A model generated the notes under the pieces. The model did not search any database. It saw nothing but the letters and a program-made list of their open reading frames with translations, and had not been told where the DNA came from. From Auanema rhodensis (Eukaryota > Animalia > Nematoda): a stretch of 64,000 nt of DNA. Positions 24,594 to 39,700 of this stretch are shown here, in pieces. Made by a program: the position numbers and the translations under genes. Every line of letters starts with the position of its first letter. Position 1 is the stretch's first letter. The stretch covers positions 21,204,001-21,268,000 of the forward strand of contig OZ059899.1 in the NCBI GenBank assembly GCA_964057225.1. The letters are read 5' to 3'.

Positions 24594-27500
24594 GTACATG
24601 GAAACTCAACGTACACTAATGCATCATTTTTCAAACGATCATAACTAATTTTTGTATTAAGCGTTTCTCAATATAGTATAGTGCATTCGATGCGGATTTT
24701 TAAGCTGCGTCGATCTGTGTTATCAGATGTGCGCTAGCTTAAAAATGCACCGAGATATCAACTGATATAAGTTCACACTTATATCCTCGATTTTCACCCT
24801 GAAGAATTAATTTTTTCGTTGAATTACATTGTCCATCGTCTTTGCCTTGAAAAAAGGAATCTAAAAACATCTACTTTTTGCTAAATTATTTTGAAATTTT
24901 TTGAAAAAATTTTTGTCAAAATGTTTTTGGAAGCAATGTTGAGTGTACATGGAAACTCAACATACACTAATGCATCATTTTTCAAACGATCATAACTAAT
25001 TTTTGTATTAAGCGTTTCTCAATGTAGTATAGTGCATTCGATGCGGATTTTTGAGCTGCGTCGATCTGTGTTATCAGATTTGCGCTAGCTTAAAAATGCA
25101 CCGAGATATCAACTAATATAAGTTCACACTTATATCCTCGATTTTCACCCTGAAGAATTAATTTTTTCGTTGAATAACAAAGTCCATCGTCTTTGCCTTG
25201 AAAAAAGGAATCTAAAAACATCTACTTTTTGCTAAATTATTTTGAAATTTTTCGAAAAAATTTTTGTCAAAATGTTTTTGGAAGCAATGTTGAGTGTACA
25301 TGGAAACTCAACATACACTAAGGCATCATTTTTCAAACGATCATAACTAATTTTTGTATTAAGCGTTTCTCAAAGTAGTATAGTGCATTCGATGCGGATT
25401 TTTAAGCTGCGTCGATCTGTCTTATCAGATTTGCGCTAGCTTAAAAATGCACCGAGATATCAACTGATATAAGTTCACACTTATATCCTCGATTTTCACC
25501 CTGAAGAATTAATTTTTTCGTTGAATAACATTGTCCATCGTCTTTGCCTTGAAAAAAGGAATCTAAAAACATCTACTTTTTGCTAAATTATTTTGAAATT
25601 TTTGGAAAAAATTTTTGTCAAAATGTTTTTGGAAGCAATGTTGAGTGTACATGGAAACTCAACGTACACTAATGCATCATTTTTCAAACGATCATAACTA
25701 ATTTTTGTATTAAGCGTTTCTCAATGTAGTATAGTGCATTCGATGCGGATTTTTAAGCTGCGTCGATCTGTGTTATCAGATTTGCGCTAGCTTAAAAATG
25801 CACCGAGATATCAACTGATATAAGTTCACACTTATATCCTCGATTTTCACCCTGAAGAATTATTTTTTTCGTTGAATAACATTGTCCATCGTCTTTGCCT
25901 TGAAAAAAGGAATCTAAAAACATCTACTTTTTGCTAAATTATTTTGAAATTTTTTGAAAAAATTTTTGTCAAAATGTTTTTGGAAGCAATGTTGAGTGTA
26001 CATGGAAACTCAACATACACTAATGCATCATTTTTCAAACGATCATAACTAATTTTTGTATTAAGCGTTTCTCAATGTAGTATAGTGCATTCGATGCGGA
26101 TTTTTAAGCTGCGTCGATCTGTGTTATCAGATTTGCGCTAGCTTAAAAATGCACCGAGATATCAACTAATATAAGTTCACACTTACATATATCCTCGATT
26201 TTCACCCTGAAGAATTAATTTTTTCGTTGAATAACATTGTCCATCGTCTTTGCCTTGAAAAAAGGAATCTAAAAACATCTACTTTTTGCTAAATTATTTT
26301 GAAATTTTTCGAAAAAATTTTTGTCAAAATGTTTTTGGAAGCAATGTTGAGTGTACATGGAAACTCAACGTACACTAATGCATCATTTTTCAAACGATCA
26401 TAACTAATTTTTGTATTAAGCGTTTCTCAATGTAGTATAGTGCATTCGATGCGGATTTTTAAGCTGCGTCGATCTGTGTTATCAGATTTGCGCTAGCTTA
26501 AAAATGCACCGAGATATCAACTAATATAAGTTCACACTTATATCCTCGATTTTCACCCTGAAGAATTAATTTTTTCGTTGAATAACATTGTCCATCGTCT
26601 TTGCCTTGAAAAAAGGAATCTAAAAACATCTACTTTTTGCTAAATTATCTTGAAATTTTTCAAAAAAATTTTTGTCAAAATGTTTTTGGAAGCAATGTTG
26701 AGTGTACATGGAAACTCAACGTACACTAATGCATCATTTTTCAAACAATCATAACTAATTTTTGTATTAAGCGTTTCTCAAAGTAGTATAGTGCATTCGA
26801 TGCGGATTTTTAAGCTGCGTCGATCTGTGTTATCAGATTTGCGCTAGCTTAAAAATGCACCGAGATATCAACTAATATAAGTTCACACTTATATCCTCGA
26901 TTTTCACCCTGAAGAATTAATTTTTTCGTTGAATAACATTGTCCATCGTCTTTGCCTTGAAAAAAGGAATCTAAAAACATCTACTTTTTGCTAAATTATT
27001 TTGAAATTTTTCGAAAAAATTTTTGTCAAAATGTTTTTGGAAGCAATGTTGAGTGTACATGGAAACTCAACGTACACTAATGCATCATTTTTCAAACGAT
27101 CATAACTAATTTTTGTATTAAGCGTTTCTCAATGTAGTATAGTGCATTCGATGCGGATTTTTAAGCTGCGTCGATCTGTGTTATCAGATTTGCGCTAGCT
27201 TAAAAATGCACCGAGATATCAACTGATATAAGTTCACACTTATATCCTCAATTTTCACCCTGAAGAATTAATTTTTTCGTTGAATAACATTGTCCATCGT
27301 CTTTGCCTTGAAAAAAGGAATCTAAAAACATCTACTTTCTGCTAAATTATTTTGAAATTTTTCGAAAAAATTTTTGTCAAAATGTTTTTGGAAGCAATGT
27401 TGAGTGTACATGGAAACTCAACATACACTAAGGCATCATTTTTCAAACGATAATAACTAATTTTTGTATCAAGCGTTTCTCAATGTAGTATAGTGCATTC

Positions 27501-27756
27501 GATGCGGATTTTTAAGCTGCGTCGATCTGTGTTATCAGATTTGCGCTAGCTTAAAAATGCACCGAGATATCAACTGATATAAGTTCACACTTATATCCTC
27601 GATTTTCACCCTGAAGAATTAATTTTTTCGTTGAATAACATTGTCCATCGTCTTTGCCTTGAAAAAAGGAATCTAAAAACATCTACTTTCTGCTAAATTA
27701 TTTTGAAATTTTTCGAAAAAATTTTTGTCAAAATGTTTTTGGAAGCAATGTTGAGT

Positions 27757-30700
27757 GTACATGGAAACTCAACATACACTAAGGCATCATTTTTCAAACG
27801 ATCATAACTAATTTTTGTATTAAGCGTTTCTCAATGTAGTATAGTACATTCGATGCGGATTTTCAAGCTGCGTCGATCTGTGTTATCAGTATTGCGCTAG
27901 CTTAAAAATGCACCGAGATATCAACTGATATAAGTTCACACTTATATCCTCGATTTTCACCCTGAAGAATTAATTTTTTCGTTGAATAACATTGTTCATC
28001 GTCTTTGCCTTGAAAAAAGGAATCTAAAAACATCTACTTTTTGCTAAATTATTTTGAAATTTTTCGAAAAAATTTTTGTCAAAATGTTTTTGGAAGCAAT
28101 GTTGAGTGTACATGGAAACTCAACGTACACTAATGCATCATTTTTCAAACGATCATAACTAATTTTTGTATTAAGCGTTTCTCAATGTAGTATAGTGCAT
28201 TCGATGCGGATTTTTAAGCTGCGTCGATCTGTGTTATCAGATTTGCGCTAGCTTAAAAATGCACCGAGATATCAACTGATATAAGTTCACACTTATATCC
28301 TCGATTTTCACCCTGAAGAATTAATTTTTTCGTTGAATAACATTGTCCATCGTCTTTGCCTTGAAAAAAGGAATCTAAAAACATCTACTTTTTGCTAAAT
28401 TATTTTGAAATTTTTCGAAAAAATTTTTGTCAAAATGTTTTTGGAAGCAATGTTGAGTGTACATGGAAACTCAACGTACACTAATGCATCATTTTTCAAA
28501 CGATCATAACTAATTTTTGTATTAAGCGTTTCTCAATGTAGTATAGTGCATTCGATGCGGAGTTTTAAGCTGCGTCGATCTGTGTTATCATATTTGCGCT
28601 AGCTTAAAAATGCACCGAGATATCAACTGATATAAGTTCACACTTATATCCTCAATTTTCACCCTGAAGAATTAATTTTTTCGTTGAATAACATTGCCCA
28701 TCGTCTTTGCCTTGAAAAAAGGAATCTAAAAACATCTACTTTTTGCTAAATTATTTTGAAATTTTTCGAAAAAATTTTTGTCAAAATGTTTTTGGAAGCA
28801 ATGTTGAGTGTACATGGAAACTCAACGTACACTAATGCATCATTTTTCAAACGATCATAACTAATTTTTGTATTAAGCGTTTCTCAATGTAGTATAGTGC
28901 ATTCGATGCGGAGTTTTAAGCTGCGTCGATCTGTGTTATCATATTTGCGCTAGCTTAAAAATGCACCGAGATATCAACTGATATAAGTTCACACTTATAT
29001 CCTCAATTTTCACCCTGAAGAATTAATTTTTTCGTTGAATAACATTGTCCATCGTCTTTGCCTTGAAAAAAGGAATCTAAAAACATCTACTTTTTGCTAA
29101 ATTATTTTGAAATTTTTCGAAAAAATTTTTGTCAAAATGTTTTTGGAAGCAATGTTGAGTGTACATGGAAACTCAACGTACACTAATGCATCATTTTTCA
29201 AACGATCATAACTAATTTTTGTATTAAGCGTTTCTCAATGTAGTATAGTGCATTCGATGCGGATTTTTAAGCTGCGTCGATCTGTGTTATCAGATTTGCG
29301 CTAGCTTAAAAATGCACCGAGATATCAACTGATATAAGTTCACACTTATATCCTCGATTTTCACCCTGAAGAATTAATTTTTTCGTTGAATAACATTGTC
29401 CATCGTCTTTGCCTTGAAAAAAGGAATCTAAAAACATCTACTTTTTGCTAAATTATTTTGAAATTTTTCGAAAAAATTTTTGTCAAAATGTTTTTGGAAG
29501 CAATGTTGAGTGTACATGGAAACGCAACATACACTAAGGCATCATTTTTCAAACGATCATAACTAATTTTTGTATTAAGCGTTTCTCAATGTAGTATAGT
29601 GCATTCGATGCGGATTTTTAAGCTGCGTCGATCTGTGTTATCATATTTGCGCTAGCTTAAAAATGCACCGAGATATCAACTGATATAAGTTCACACTTAT
29701 ATCCTCAATTTTCACCCTGAAGAATTAATTTTTTCGTTGAATAACATTGTCCATCGTCTTTGCCTTGAAAAAAGGAATCTAAAAACATCTACTTTCTGCT
29801 AAATTATTTTGAAATTTTTCGAAAAAATTTTTGTCAAAATGTTTTTGGAAGCAATGTTGAGTGTACATGGAAACTCAACATACACTAAGGCATCATTTTT
29901 CAAACGATCATAACTAATTTTTGTATTAAGCGTTTCTCAATGTAGTATAGTACATTCGATGCGGATTTTCAAGCTGCGTCGATCTGTGTTATCAGTATTG
30001 CGCTAGCTTAAAAATGCACCGAGATATCAACTGATATAAGTTCACACTTATATCCTCGATTTTCACCCTGAAGAATTAATTTTTTCGTTGAATAACATTG
30101 TTCATCGTCTTTGCCTTGAAAAAAGGAATCTAAAAACATCTACTTTTTGCTAAATTATTTTGAAATTTTTCGAAAAAATTTTTGTCAAAATGTTTTTGGA
30201 AGCAATGTTGAGTGTACATGGAAACGCAACATACACTAAGGCATCATTTTTCAAACGATCATAACTAATTTTTGTATTAAGCGTTTCTCAATGTAGTATA
30301 GTGCATTCGATGCGGATTTTTAAGCTGCGTCGATCTGTGTTATCATATTTGCGCTAGCTTAAAAATGCACCGAGATATCAACTGATATAAGTTCACACTT
30401 ATATCCTCAATTTTCACCCTGAAGAATTAATTTTTTCGTTGAATAACATTGTCCATCGTCTTTGCCTTGAAAAAAGGAATCTAAAAACATCTACTTTCTG
30501 CTAAATTATTTTGAAATTTTTCGAAAAAATTTTTGTCAAAATGTTTTTGGAAGCAATGTTGAGTGTACATGGAAACTCAACATACACTAAGGCATCATTT
30601 TTCAAACGATCATAACTAATTTTTGTATTAAGCGTTTCTCAATGTAGTATAGTACATTCGATGCGGATTTTCAAGCTGCGTCGATCTGTGTTATCAGTAT

Positions 30701-33700
30701 TGCGCTAGCTTAAAAATGCACCGAGATATCAACTGATATAAGTTCACACTTATATCCTCGATTTTCACCCTGAAGAATTAATTTTTTCGTTGAATAACAT
30801 TGTTCATCGTCTTTGCCTTGAAAGAAGGAATCTAAAAACATCTACTTTTTGCTAAATTATTTTGAAATTTTTCGAAAAAATTTTTGTCAAAATGTTTTTG
30901 GAAGCAATGTTGAGTGTACATGGAAACGCAACATACACTAAGGCATCATTTTTCAAACGATCATAACTAATTTTTGTATTAAGCGTTTCTCAATGTAGTA
31001 TAGTGCATTCGATGCGGATTTTTAAGCTGCGTCGATCTGTGTTATCATATTTGCGCTAGCTTAAAAATGCACCGAGATATCAACTGATATAAGTTCACAC
31101 TTATATCCTCAATTTTCACCCTGAAGAATTAATTTTTTCGTTGAATAACATTGTCCATCCTCTTTGCCTTGAAAAAAGGAATCTAAAAACATCTACTTTT
31201 TGCTAAATTATTTTGAAATTTTTCGAAAAAATTTTTGTCAAAATGTTTTTGGAAGCAATGTTGAGTGTACATGGAAACTCAACGTACACTAATGCATCAT
31301 TTTTCAAACGATCATAACTAATTTTTGTATTAAGCGTTTCTCAATGTAGTATAGTGCATTCGATGCGGATTTTTAAGCTGCGTCGATCTGTGTTATCAGA
31401 TTTGCGCTAGCTTAAAAATGCACCGAGATATCAACTGATATAAGTTCACACTTATATCCTCAATTTTCACCCTGAAGAATTAATTTTTTCGTTGAATAAC
31501 ATTGTCCATCGTCTTTGCCTTGAAAAAAGGAATCTAAAAACATCTACTTTTTGCTAAATTATTTTGAAATTTTTCGAAAAAATTTTTGTCAAAATGTTTT
31601 TGGAAGCAATGTTGAGTGTACATGGAAACTCAACGTACACTAATGCATCATTTTTCAAACGATCATAACTAATTTTTGTATTAAGCGTTTCTCAATGTAG
31701 TATAGTGCATTCGATGCGGATTTTTAAGCTGCGTCGATCTGTGTTATCAGATTTGCGCTAGCTTAAAAATGCACCGAGATATCAACTGATATAAGTTCAC
31801 ACTTATATCCTCGATTTTCACCCTGAAGAATTAATTTTTTCGTTGAATAACATTGTCCATCGTCTTTGCCTTGAAAAAAGGAATCTAAAAACATCTACTT
31901 TTTGCTAAATTATTTTGAAATTTTTCGAAAAAATTTTTGTCAAAATGTTTTTGGAAGCAATGTTGAGTGTACATGGAAACGCAACATACACTAAGGCATC
32001 ATTTTTCAAACGATCATAACTAATTTTTGTATTAAGCGTTTCTCAATGTAGTATAGTGCATTCGATGCGGATTTTTAAGCTGCGTCGATCTGTGTTATCA
32101 TATTTGCGCTAGCTTAAAAATGCACCGAGATATCAACTGATATAAGTTCACACTTATATCCTCAATTTTCACCCTGAAGAATTAATTTTTTCGTTGAATA
32201 ACATTGTCCATCGTCTTTGCCTTGAAAAAAGGAATCTAAAAACATCTACTTTCTGCTAAATTATTTTGAAATTTTTCGAAAAAATTTTTGTCAAAATGTT
32301 TTTGGAAGCAATGTTGAGTGTACATGGAAACTCAACATACACTAAGGCATCATTTTTCAAACGATCATAACTAATTTTTGTATTAAGCGTTTCTCAATGT
32401 AGTATAGTGCATTCGATGCGGATTTTTAAGCTGCGTCGATCTGTGTTATCAGATTTGCGCTAGCTTAAAAATGCACCGAGATATCAACTGATATAAGTTC
32501 ACACTTATATCCTCGATTTTCACCCTGAAGAATTAATTTTTTCGTTGAATAACATTGTCCATCGTCTTTGCCTTGAAAAAAGGAATCTAAAAACATCTAC
32601 TTTTTGCTAAATTATTCTGAAATTTTTTGAAAAAATTTTTGTCAAAATGTTTTTGGAAGCAATGTTGAGTGTACATGAAAACTCAACATACACTAATGCA
32701 TCATTTTTCAAACGATCATAACTAATTTTTGTATTAAGCGTTTCTCATTGTAGTATAGTGCATTCGATGCGGATTTTTAAGCTGCGTCGATCTGTGTTAT
32801 CATATTTGCGCTAGCTTAAAAATGCACCGAGATATCAACTGATATAAGTTCACACTTATATCCTCAATTTTCACCCTGAAGAATTAATTTTTTCGTTGAA
32901 TAACATTGTCCATCGTCTTTGCCTTGAAAAAAGGAATCTAAAAACATCTACTTTCTGCTAAATTATTTTGAAATTTTTCGAAAAAATTTTTGTCAAAATG
33001 TTTTTGGAAGCAATGTTGAGTGTACATGGAAACTCAACATACACTAAGGCATCATTTTTCAAACGATCATAACTAATTTTTGTATTAAGCGTTTCTCAAT
33101 GTAGTATAGTACATTCGATGCGGATTTTCAAGCTGCGTCGATCTGTGTTATCAGTATTGCGCTAGCTTAAAAATGCACCGAGATATCAACTGATATAAGT
33201 TCACACTTATATCCTCGATTTTCACCCTGAAGAATTAATTTTTTCGTTGAATAACATTGTTCATCGTCTTTGCCTTGAAAAAAGGAATCTAAAAACATCT
33301 ACTTTTTGCTAAATTATTTTGAAATTTTTCGAAAAAATTTTTGTCAAAATGTTTTTGGAAGCAATGTTGAGTGTACATGGAAACTCAACGTACACTAATG
33401 CATCATTTTTCAAACGATCATAACTAATTTTTGTATTAAGCGTTTCTCAATGTAGTATAGTGCATTCGATGCGGATTTTTAAGCTGCGTCGATCTGTGTT
33501 ATCAGATTTGCGCTAGCTTAAAAATGCACCGAGATATCAACTGATATAAGTTCACACTTATATCCTCGATTTTCACCCTGAAGAATTAATTTTTTCGTTG
33601 AATAACATTGTCCATCGTCTTTGCCTTGAAAAAAGGAATCTAAAAACATCTACTTTTTGCTAAATTATTCTGAAATTTTTTGAAAAAATTTTTGTCAAAA

Positions 33701-36700
33701 TGTTTTTGGAAGCAATGTTGAGTGTACATGAAAACTCAACATACACTAATGCATCATTTTTCAAACGATCATAACTAATTTTTGTATTAAGCGTTTCTCA
33801 TTGTAGTATAGTGCATTCGATGCGGATTTTTAAGCTGCGTCGATCTGTGTTATCATATTTGCGCTAGCTTAAAAATGCACCGAGATATCAACTGATATAA
33901 GTTCACACTTATATCCTCAATTTTCACCCTGAAGAATTAATTTTTTCGTTGAATAACATTGTCCATCGTCTTTGCCTTGAAAAAAGGAATCTAAAAACAT
34001 CTACTTTTTGCTAAATTATTTTGAAATTTTTCGAAAAAATTTTTGTCAAAATGTTTTTGGAAGCAATGTTGAGTGTACATGGAAACTCAACGTACACTAA
34101 TGCATCATTTTTCAAACGATCATAACTAATTTTTGTATTAAGCGTTTCTCAATGTAGTATAGTGCATTCGATGCGGATTTTTAAGCTGCGTCGATCTGTG
34201 TTATCAGATTTGCGCTAGCTTAAAAATGCACCGAGATATCAACTGATATAAGTTCACACTTATATCCTCGATTTTCACCCTGAAGAATTAATTTTTTCGT
34301 TGAATAACATTGTCCATCGTCTTTGCCTTGAAAAAAGGAATCTAAAAACATCTACTTTTTGCTAAATTATTTTGAAATTTTTCGAAAAAATTTTTGTCAA
34401 AATGTTTTTGGAAGCAATGTTGAGTGTACATGGAAACGCAACATACACTAAGGCATCATTTTTCAAACGATCATAACTAATTTTTGTATTAAGCGTTTCT
34501 CAATGTAGTATAGTGCATTCGATGCGGATTTTTAAGCTGCGTCGATCTGTGTTATCATATTTGCGCTAGCTTAAAAATGCACCGAGATATCAACTGATAT
34601 AAGTTCACACTTATATCCTCAATTTTCACCCTGAAGAATTAATTTTTTCGTTGAATAACATTGTCCATCGTCTTTGCCTTGAAAAAAGGAATCTAAAAAC
34701 ATCTACTTTCTGCTAAATTATTTTGAAATTTTTCGAAAAAATTTTTGTCAAAATGTTTTTGGAAGCAATGTTGAGTGTACATGGAAACGCAACATACACT
34801 AAGGCATCATTTTTCAAACGATCATAACTAATTTTTGTATTAAGCGTTTCTCAATGTAGTATAGTGCATTCGATGCGGATTTTTAAGCTGCGTCGATCTG
34901 TGTTATCATATTTGCGCTAGCTTAAAAATGCACCGAGATATCAACTGATATAAGTTCACACTTATATCCTCAATTTTCACCCTGAAGAATTAATTTTTTC
35001 GTTGAATAACATTGTCCATCGTCTTTGCCTTGAAAAAAGGAATCTAAAAACATCTACTTTCTGCTAAATTATTTTGAAATTTTTCGAAAAAATTTTTGTC
35101 AAAATGTTTTTGGAAGCAATGTTGAGTGTACATGGAAACTCAACATACACTAAGGCATCATTTTTCAAACGATCATAACTAATTTTTGTATTAAGCGTTT
35201 CTCAATGTAGTATAGTACATTCGATGCGGATTTTCAAGCTGCGTCGATCTGTGTTATCAGTATTGCGCTAGCTTAAAAATGCACCGAGATATCAACTGAT
35301 ATAAGTTCACACTTATATCCTCGATTTTCACCCTGAAGAATTAATTTTTTCGTTGAATAACATTGTTCATCGTCTTTGCCTTGAAAAAAGGAATCTAAAA
35401 ACATCTACTTTTTGCTAAATTATTTTGAAATTTTTCGAAAAAATTTTTGTCAAAATGTTTTTGGAAGCAATGTTGAGTGTACATGGAAACGCAACATACA
35501 CTAAGGCATCATTTTTCAAACGATCATAACTAATTTTTGTATTAAGCGTTTCTCAATGTAGTATAGTGCATTCGATGCGGATTTTTAAGCTGCGTCGATC
35601 TGTGTTATCATATTTGCGCTAGCTTAAAAATGCACCGAGATATCAACTGATATAAGTTCACACTTATATCCTCAATTTTCACCCTGAAGAATTAATTTTT
35701 TCGTTGAATAACATTGTCCATCGTCTTTGCCTTGAAAAAAGGAATCTAAAAACATCTACTTTTTGCTAAATTATTTTGAAATTTTTCGAAAAAATTTTTG
35801 TCAAAATGTTTTTGGAAGCAATGTTGAGTGTACATGGAAACGCAACATACACTAAGGCATCATTTTTCAAACGATCATAACTAATTTTTGTATTAAGCGT
35901 TTCTCAATGTAGTATAGTGCATTCGATGCGGATTTTTAAGCTGCGTCGATCTGTGTTATCATATTTGCGCTAGCTTAAAAATGCACCGAGATATCAACTG
36001 ATATAAGTTCACACTTATATCCTCAATTTTCACCCTGAAGAATTAATTTTTTCGTTGAATAACATTGTCCATCGTCTTTGCCTTGAAAAAAGGAATCTAA
36101 AAACATCTACTTTTTGCTAAATTATTTTGAAATTTTTCGAAAAAATTTTTGTCAAAATGTTTTTGGAAGCAATGTTGAGTGTACATGGAAACGCAACATA
36201 CACTAAGGCATCATTTTTCAAACGATCATAACTAATTTTTGTATTAAGCGTTTCTCAATGTAGTATAGTGCATTCGATGCGGATTTTTAAGCTGCGTCGA
36301 TCTGTGTTATCATATTTGCGCTAGCTTAAAAATGCACCGAGATATCAACTGATATAAGTTCACACTTATATCCTCAATTTTCACCCTGAAGAATTAATTT
36401 TTTCGTTGAATAACATTGTCCATCGTCTTTGCCTTGAAAAAAGGAATCTAAAAACATCTACTTTTTGCTAAATTATTTTGAAATTTTTCGAAAAAATTTT
36501 TGTCAAAATGTTTTTGGAAGCAATGTTGAGTGTACATGGAAACGCAACATACACTAAGGCATCATTTTTCAAACGATCATAACTAATTTTTGTATTAAGC
36601 GTTTCTCAATGTAGTATAGTGCATTCGATGCGGATTTTTAAGCTGCGTCGATCTGTGTTATCATATTTGCGCTAGCTTAAAAATGCACCGAGATATCAAC

Positions 36701-39700
36701 TGATATAAGTTCACACTTATATCCTCAATTTTCACCCTGAAGAATTAATTTTTTCGTTGAATAACATTGTCCATCGTCTTTGCCTTGAAAAAAGGAATCT
36801 AAAAACATCTACTTTCTGCTAAATTATTTTGAAATTTTTCGAAAAAATTTTTGTCAAAATGTTTTTGGAAGCAATGTTGAGTGTACATGGAAACTCAACA
36901 TACACTAAGGCATCATTTTTCAAACGATCATAACTAATTTTTGTATTAAGCGTTTCTCGATGTAGTATAGTACATTCGATGCGGATTTTCAAGCTGCGTC
37001 GATCTGTGTTATCAGTATTGCGCTAGCTTAAAAATGCACCGAGATATCAACTGATATAAGTTCACACTTATATCCTCGATTTTCACCCTGAAGAATTAAT
37101 TTTTTCGTTGAATAACATTGTTCATCGTCTTTGCCTTGAAAAAAGGAATCTAAAAACATCTACTTTTTGCTAAATTATTTTGAAATTTTTCGAAAAAATT
37201 TTTGTCAAAATGTTTTTGGAAGCAATGTTGAGTGTACATGGAAACTCAACATACACTAATGCATCATTTTTCAAACGATCATAACTAATTTTTGTATTAA
37301 GCGTTTCTCAATGTAGTATAGTGCATTCGATGCGGATTTTTAAGCTGCGTCGATCTGTGTTATCAGATTTGCGCTAGCTTAAAAATGCACCGAGATATCA
37401 ACTGATATAAGTTCACACTTATATCCTCGATTTTCACCCTGAAGAATTAATTTTTTCGTTGAATAACATTGTCCATCGTCTTTGCCTTGAAAAAAGGAAT
37501 CTAAAAACATCTACTTTTTGCTAAATTATTTTGAAATTTTTTGAAAAAATTTTTGTCAAAATGTTTTTGGAAGCAATGTTGAGTGTACATGGAAACTCAA
37601 CATACACTAATGCATCATTTTTCAAACGATCATAACTAATTTTTGTATTAAGCGTTTCTCAATGTAGTATAGTGCATTCGATGCGGATTTTTAAGCTGCG
37701 TCGATCTGTGTTATCATATTTGCGCTAGCTTAAAAATGCACCGAGATATCAACTGATATAAGTTCACACTTATATCCTCAATTTTCACCCTGAAGAATTA
37801 ATTTTTTCGTTGAATAACATTGTCCATCGTCTTTGCCTTGAAAAAAGGAATCTAAAAACATCTACTTTTTGCTAAATTATTTTGAAATTTTTCGAAAAAA
37901 TTTTTGTCAAAATGTTTTTGGAAGCAATGTTGAGTGTACATGGAAACTCAACGTACACTAATGCATCATTTTTCAAACGATCATAACTAATTTTTGTATT
38001 AAGCGTTTCTCAATGTAGTATAGTGCATTCGATGCGGATTTTTAAGCTGCGTCGATCTCTGTTATCAGATTTGCGCTAGCTTAAAAATGCACCGAGATAT
38101 CAACTGATATAAGTTCACACTTATATCCTCGATTTTCACCCTGAAGAATTAATTTTTTCGTTGAATAACATTGTCCATCGTCTTTGCCTTGAAAAAAGGA
38201 ATCTAAAAACATCTACTTTTTGCTAAATTATTTTGAAATTTTTTGAAAAAATTTTTGTCAAAATGTTTTTGGAAGCAATGTTGAGTGTACATGGAAACTC
38301 AACATACACTAATGCATCATTTTTCAAACGATCATAACTAATTTTTGTATTAAGCGTTTCTCAATGTAGTATAGTGCATTCGATGCGGATTTTTAAGCTG
38401 CGTCGATCTGTGTTATCAGATTTGCGCTAGCTTAAAAATGCACCGAGATATCAACTGATATAAGTTCACACTTATATCCTCGATTTTCACCCTGAAGAAT
38501 TAATTTTTTCGTTGAATAACATTGTCCATCGTCTTTGCCTTGAAAAAAGGAATCTAAAAACATCTACTTTTTGCTAAATTATTTTGAAATTTTTTGAAAA
38601 AATTTTTGTCAAAATGTTTTTGGAAGCAATGTTGAGTGTACATGGAAACTCAACATACACTAATGCATCATTTTTCAAACGATCATAACTAATTTTTGTA
38701 TTAAGCGTTTCTCAATGTAGTATAGTGCATTCGATGCGGATTTTTAAGCTGCGTCGATCTGTGTTATCATATTTGCGCTAGCTTAAAAATGCACCGAGAT
38801 ATCAACTGATATAAGTTCACACTTATATCCTCAATTTTCACCCTGAAGAATTAATTTTTTCGTTGAATAACATTGTCCATCGTCTTTGCCTTGAAAAAAG
38901 GAATCTAAAAACATCTACTTTTTGCTAAATTATTTTGAAATTTTTCGAAAAAATTTTTGTCAAAATGTTTTTGGAAGCAATGTTGAGTGTACATGGAAAC
39001 TCAACGTACACTAATGCATCATTTTTCAAACGATCATAACTAATTTTTGTATTAAGCGTTTCTCAATGTAGTATAGTGCATTCGATGCGGATTTTTAAGC
39101 TGCGTCGATCTCTGTTATCAGATTTGCGCTAGCTTAAAAATGCACCGAGATATCAACTGATATAAGTTCACACTTATATCCTCGATTTTCACCCTGAAGA
39201 ATTAATTTTTTCGTTGAATAACATTGTCCATCGTCTTTGCCTTGAAAAAAGGAATCTAAAAACATCTACTTTTTGCTAAATTATTTTGAAATTTTTTGAA
39301 AAAATTTTTGTCAAAATGTTTTTGGAAGCAATGTTGAGTGTACATGGAAACTCAACATACACTAATGCATCATTTTTCAAACGATCATAACTAATTTTTG
39401 TATTAAGCGTTTCTCAATGTAGTATAGTGCATTCGATGCGGATTTTTAAGCTGCGTCGATCTGTGTTATCATATTTGCGCTAGCTTAAAAATGCAACGAG
39501 ATATCAACTGATATAAGTTCACACTTATATCCTCGATTTTCACCCTGAAGAATTAATTTTTTCGTTGAATAACATTGTCCATCGTCTTTGCCTTGAAAAA
39601 AGGAATCTAAAAACATCTACTTTCTGCTAAATTATTTTGAAATTTTTCGAAAAAATTTTTGTCAAAATGTTTTTGGAAGCAATGTTGAGTGTACATGGAA

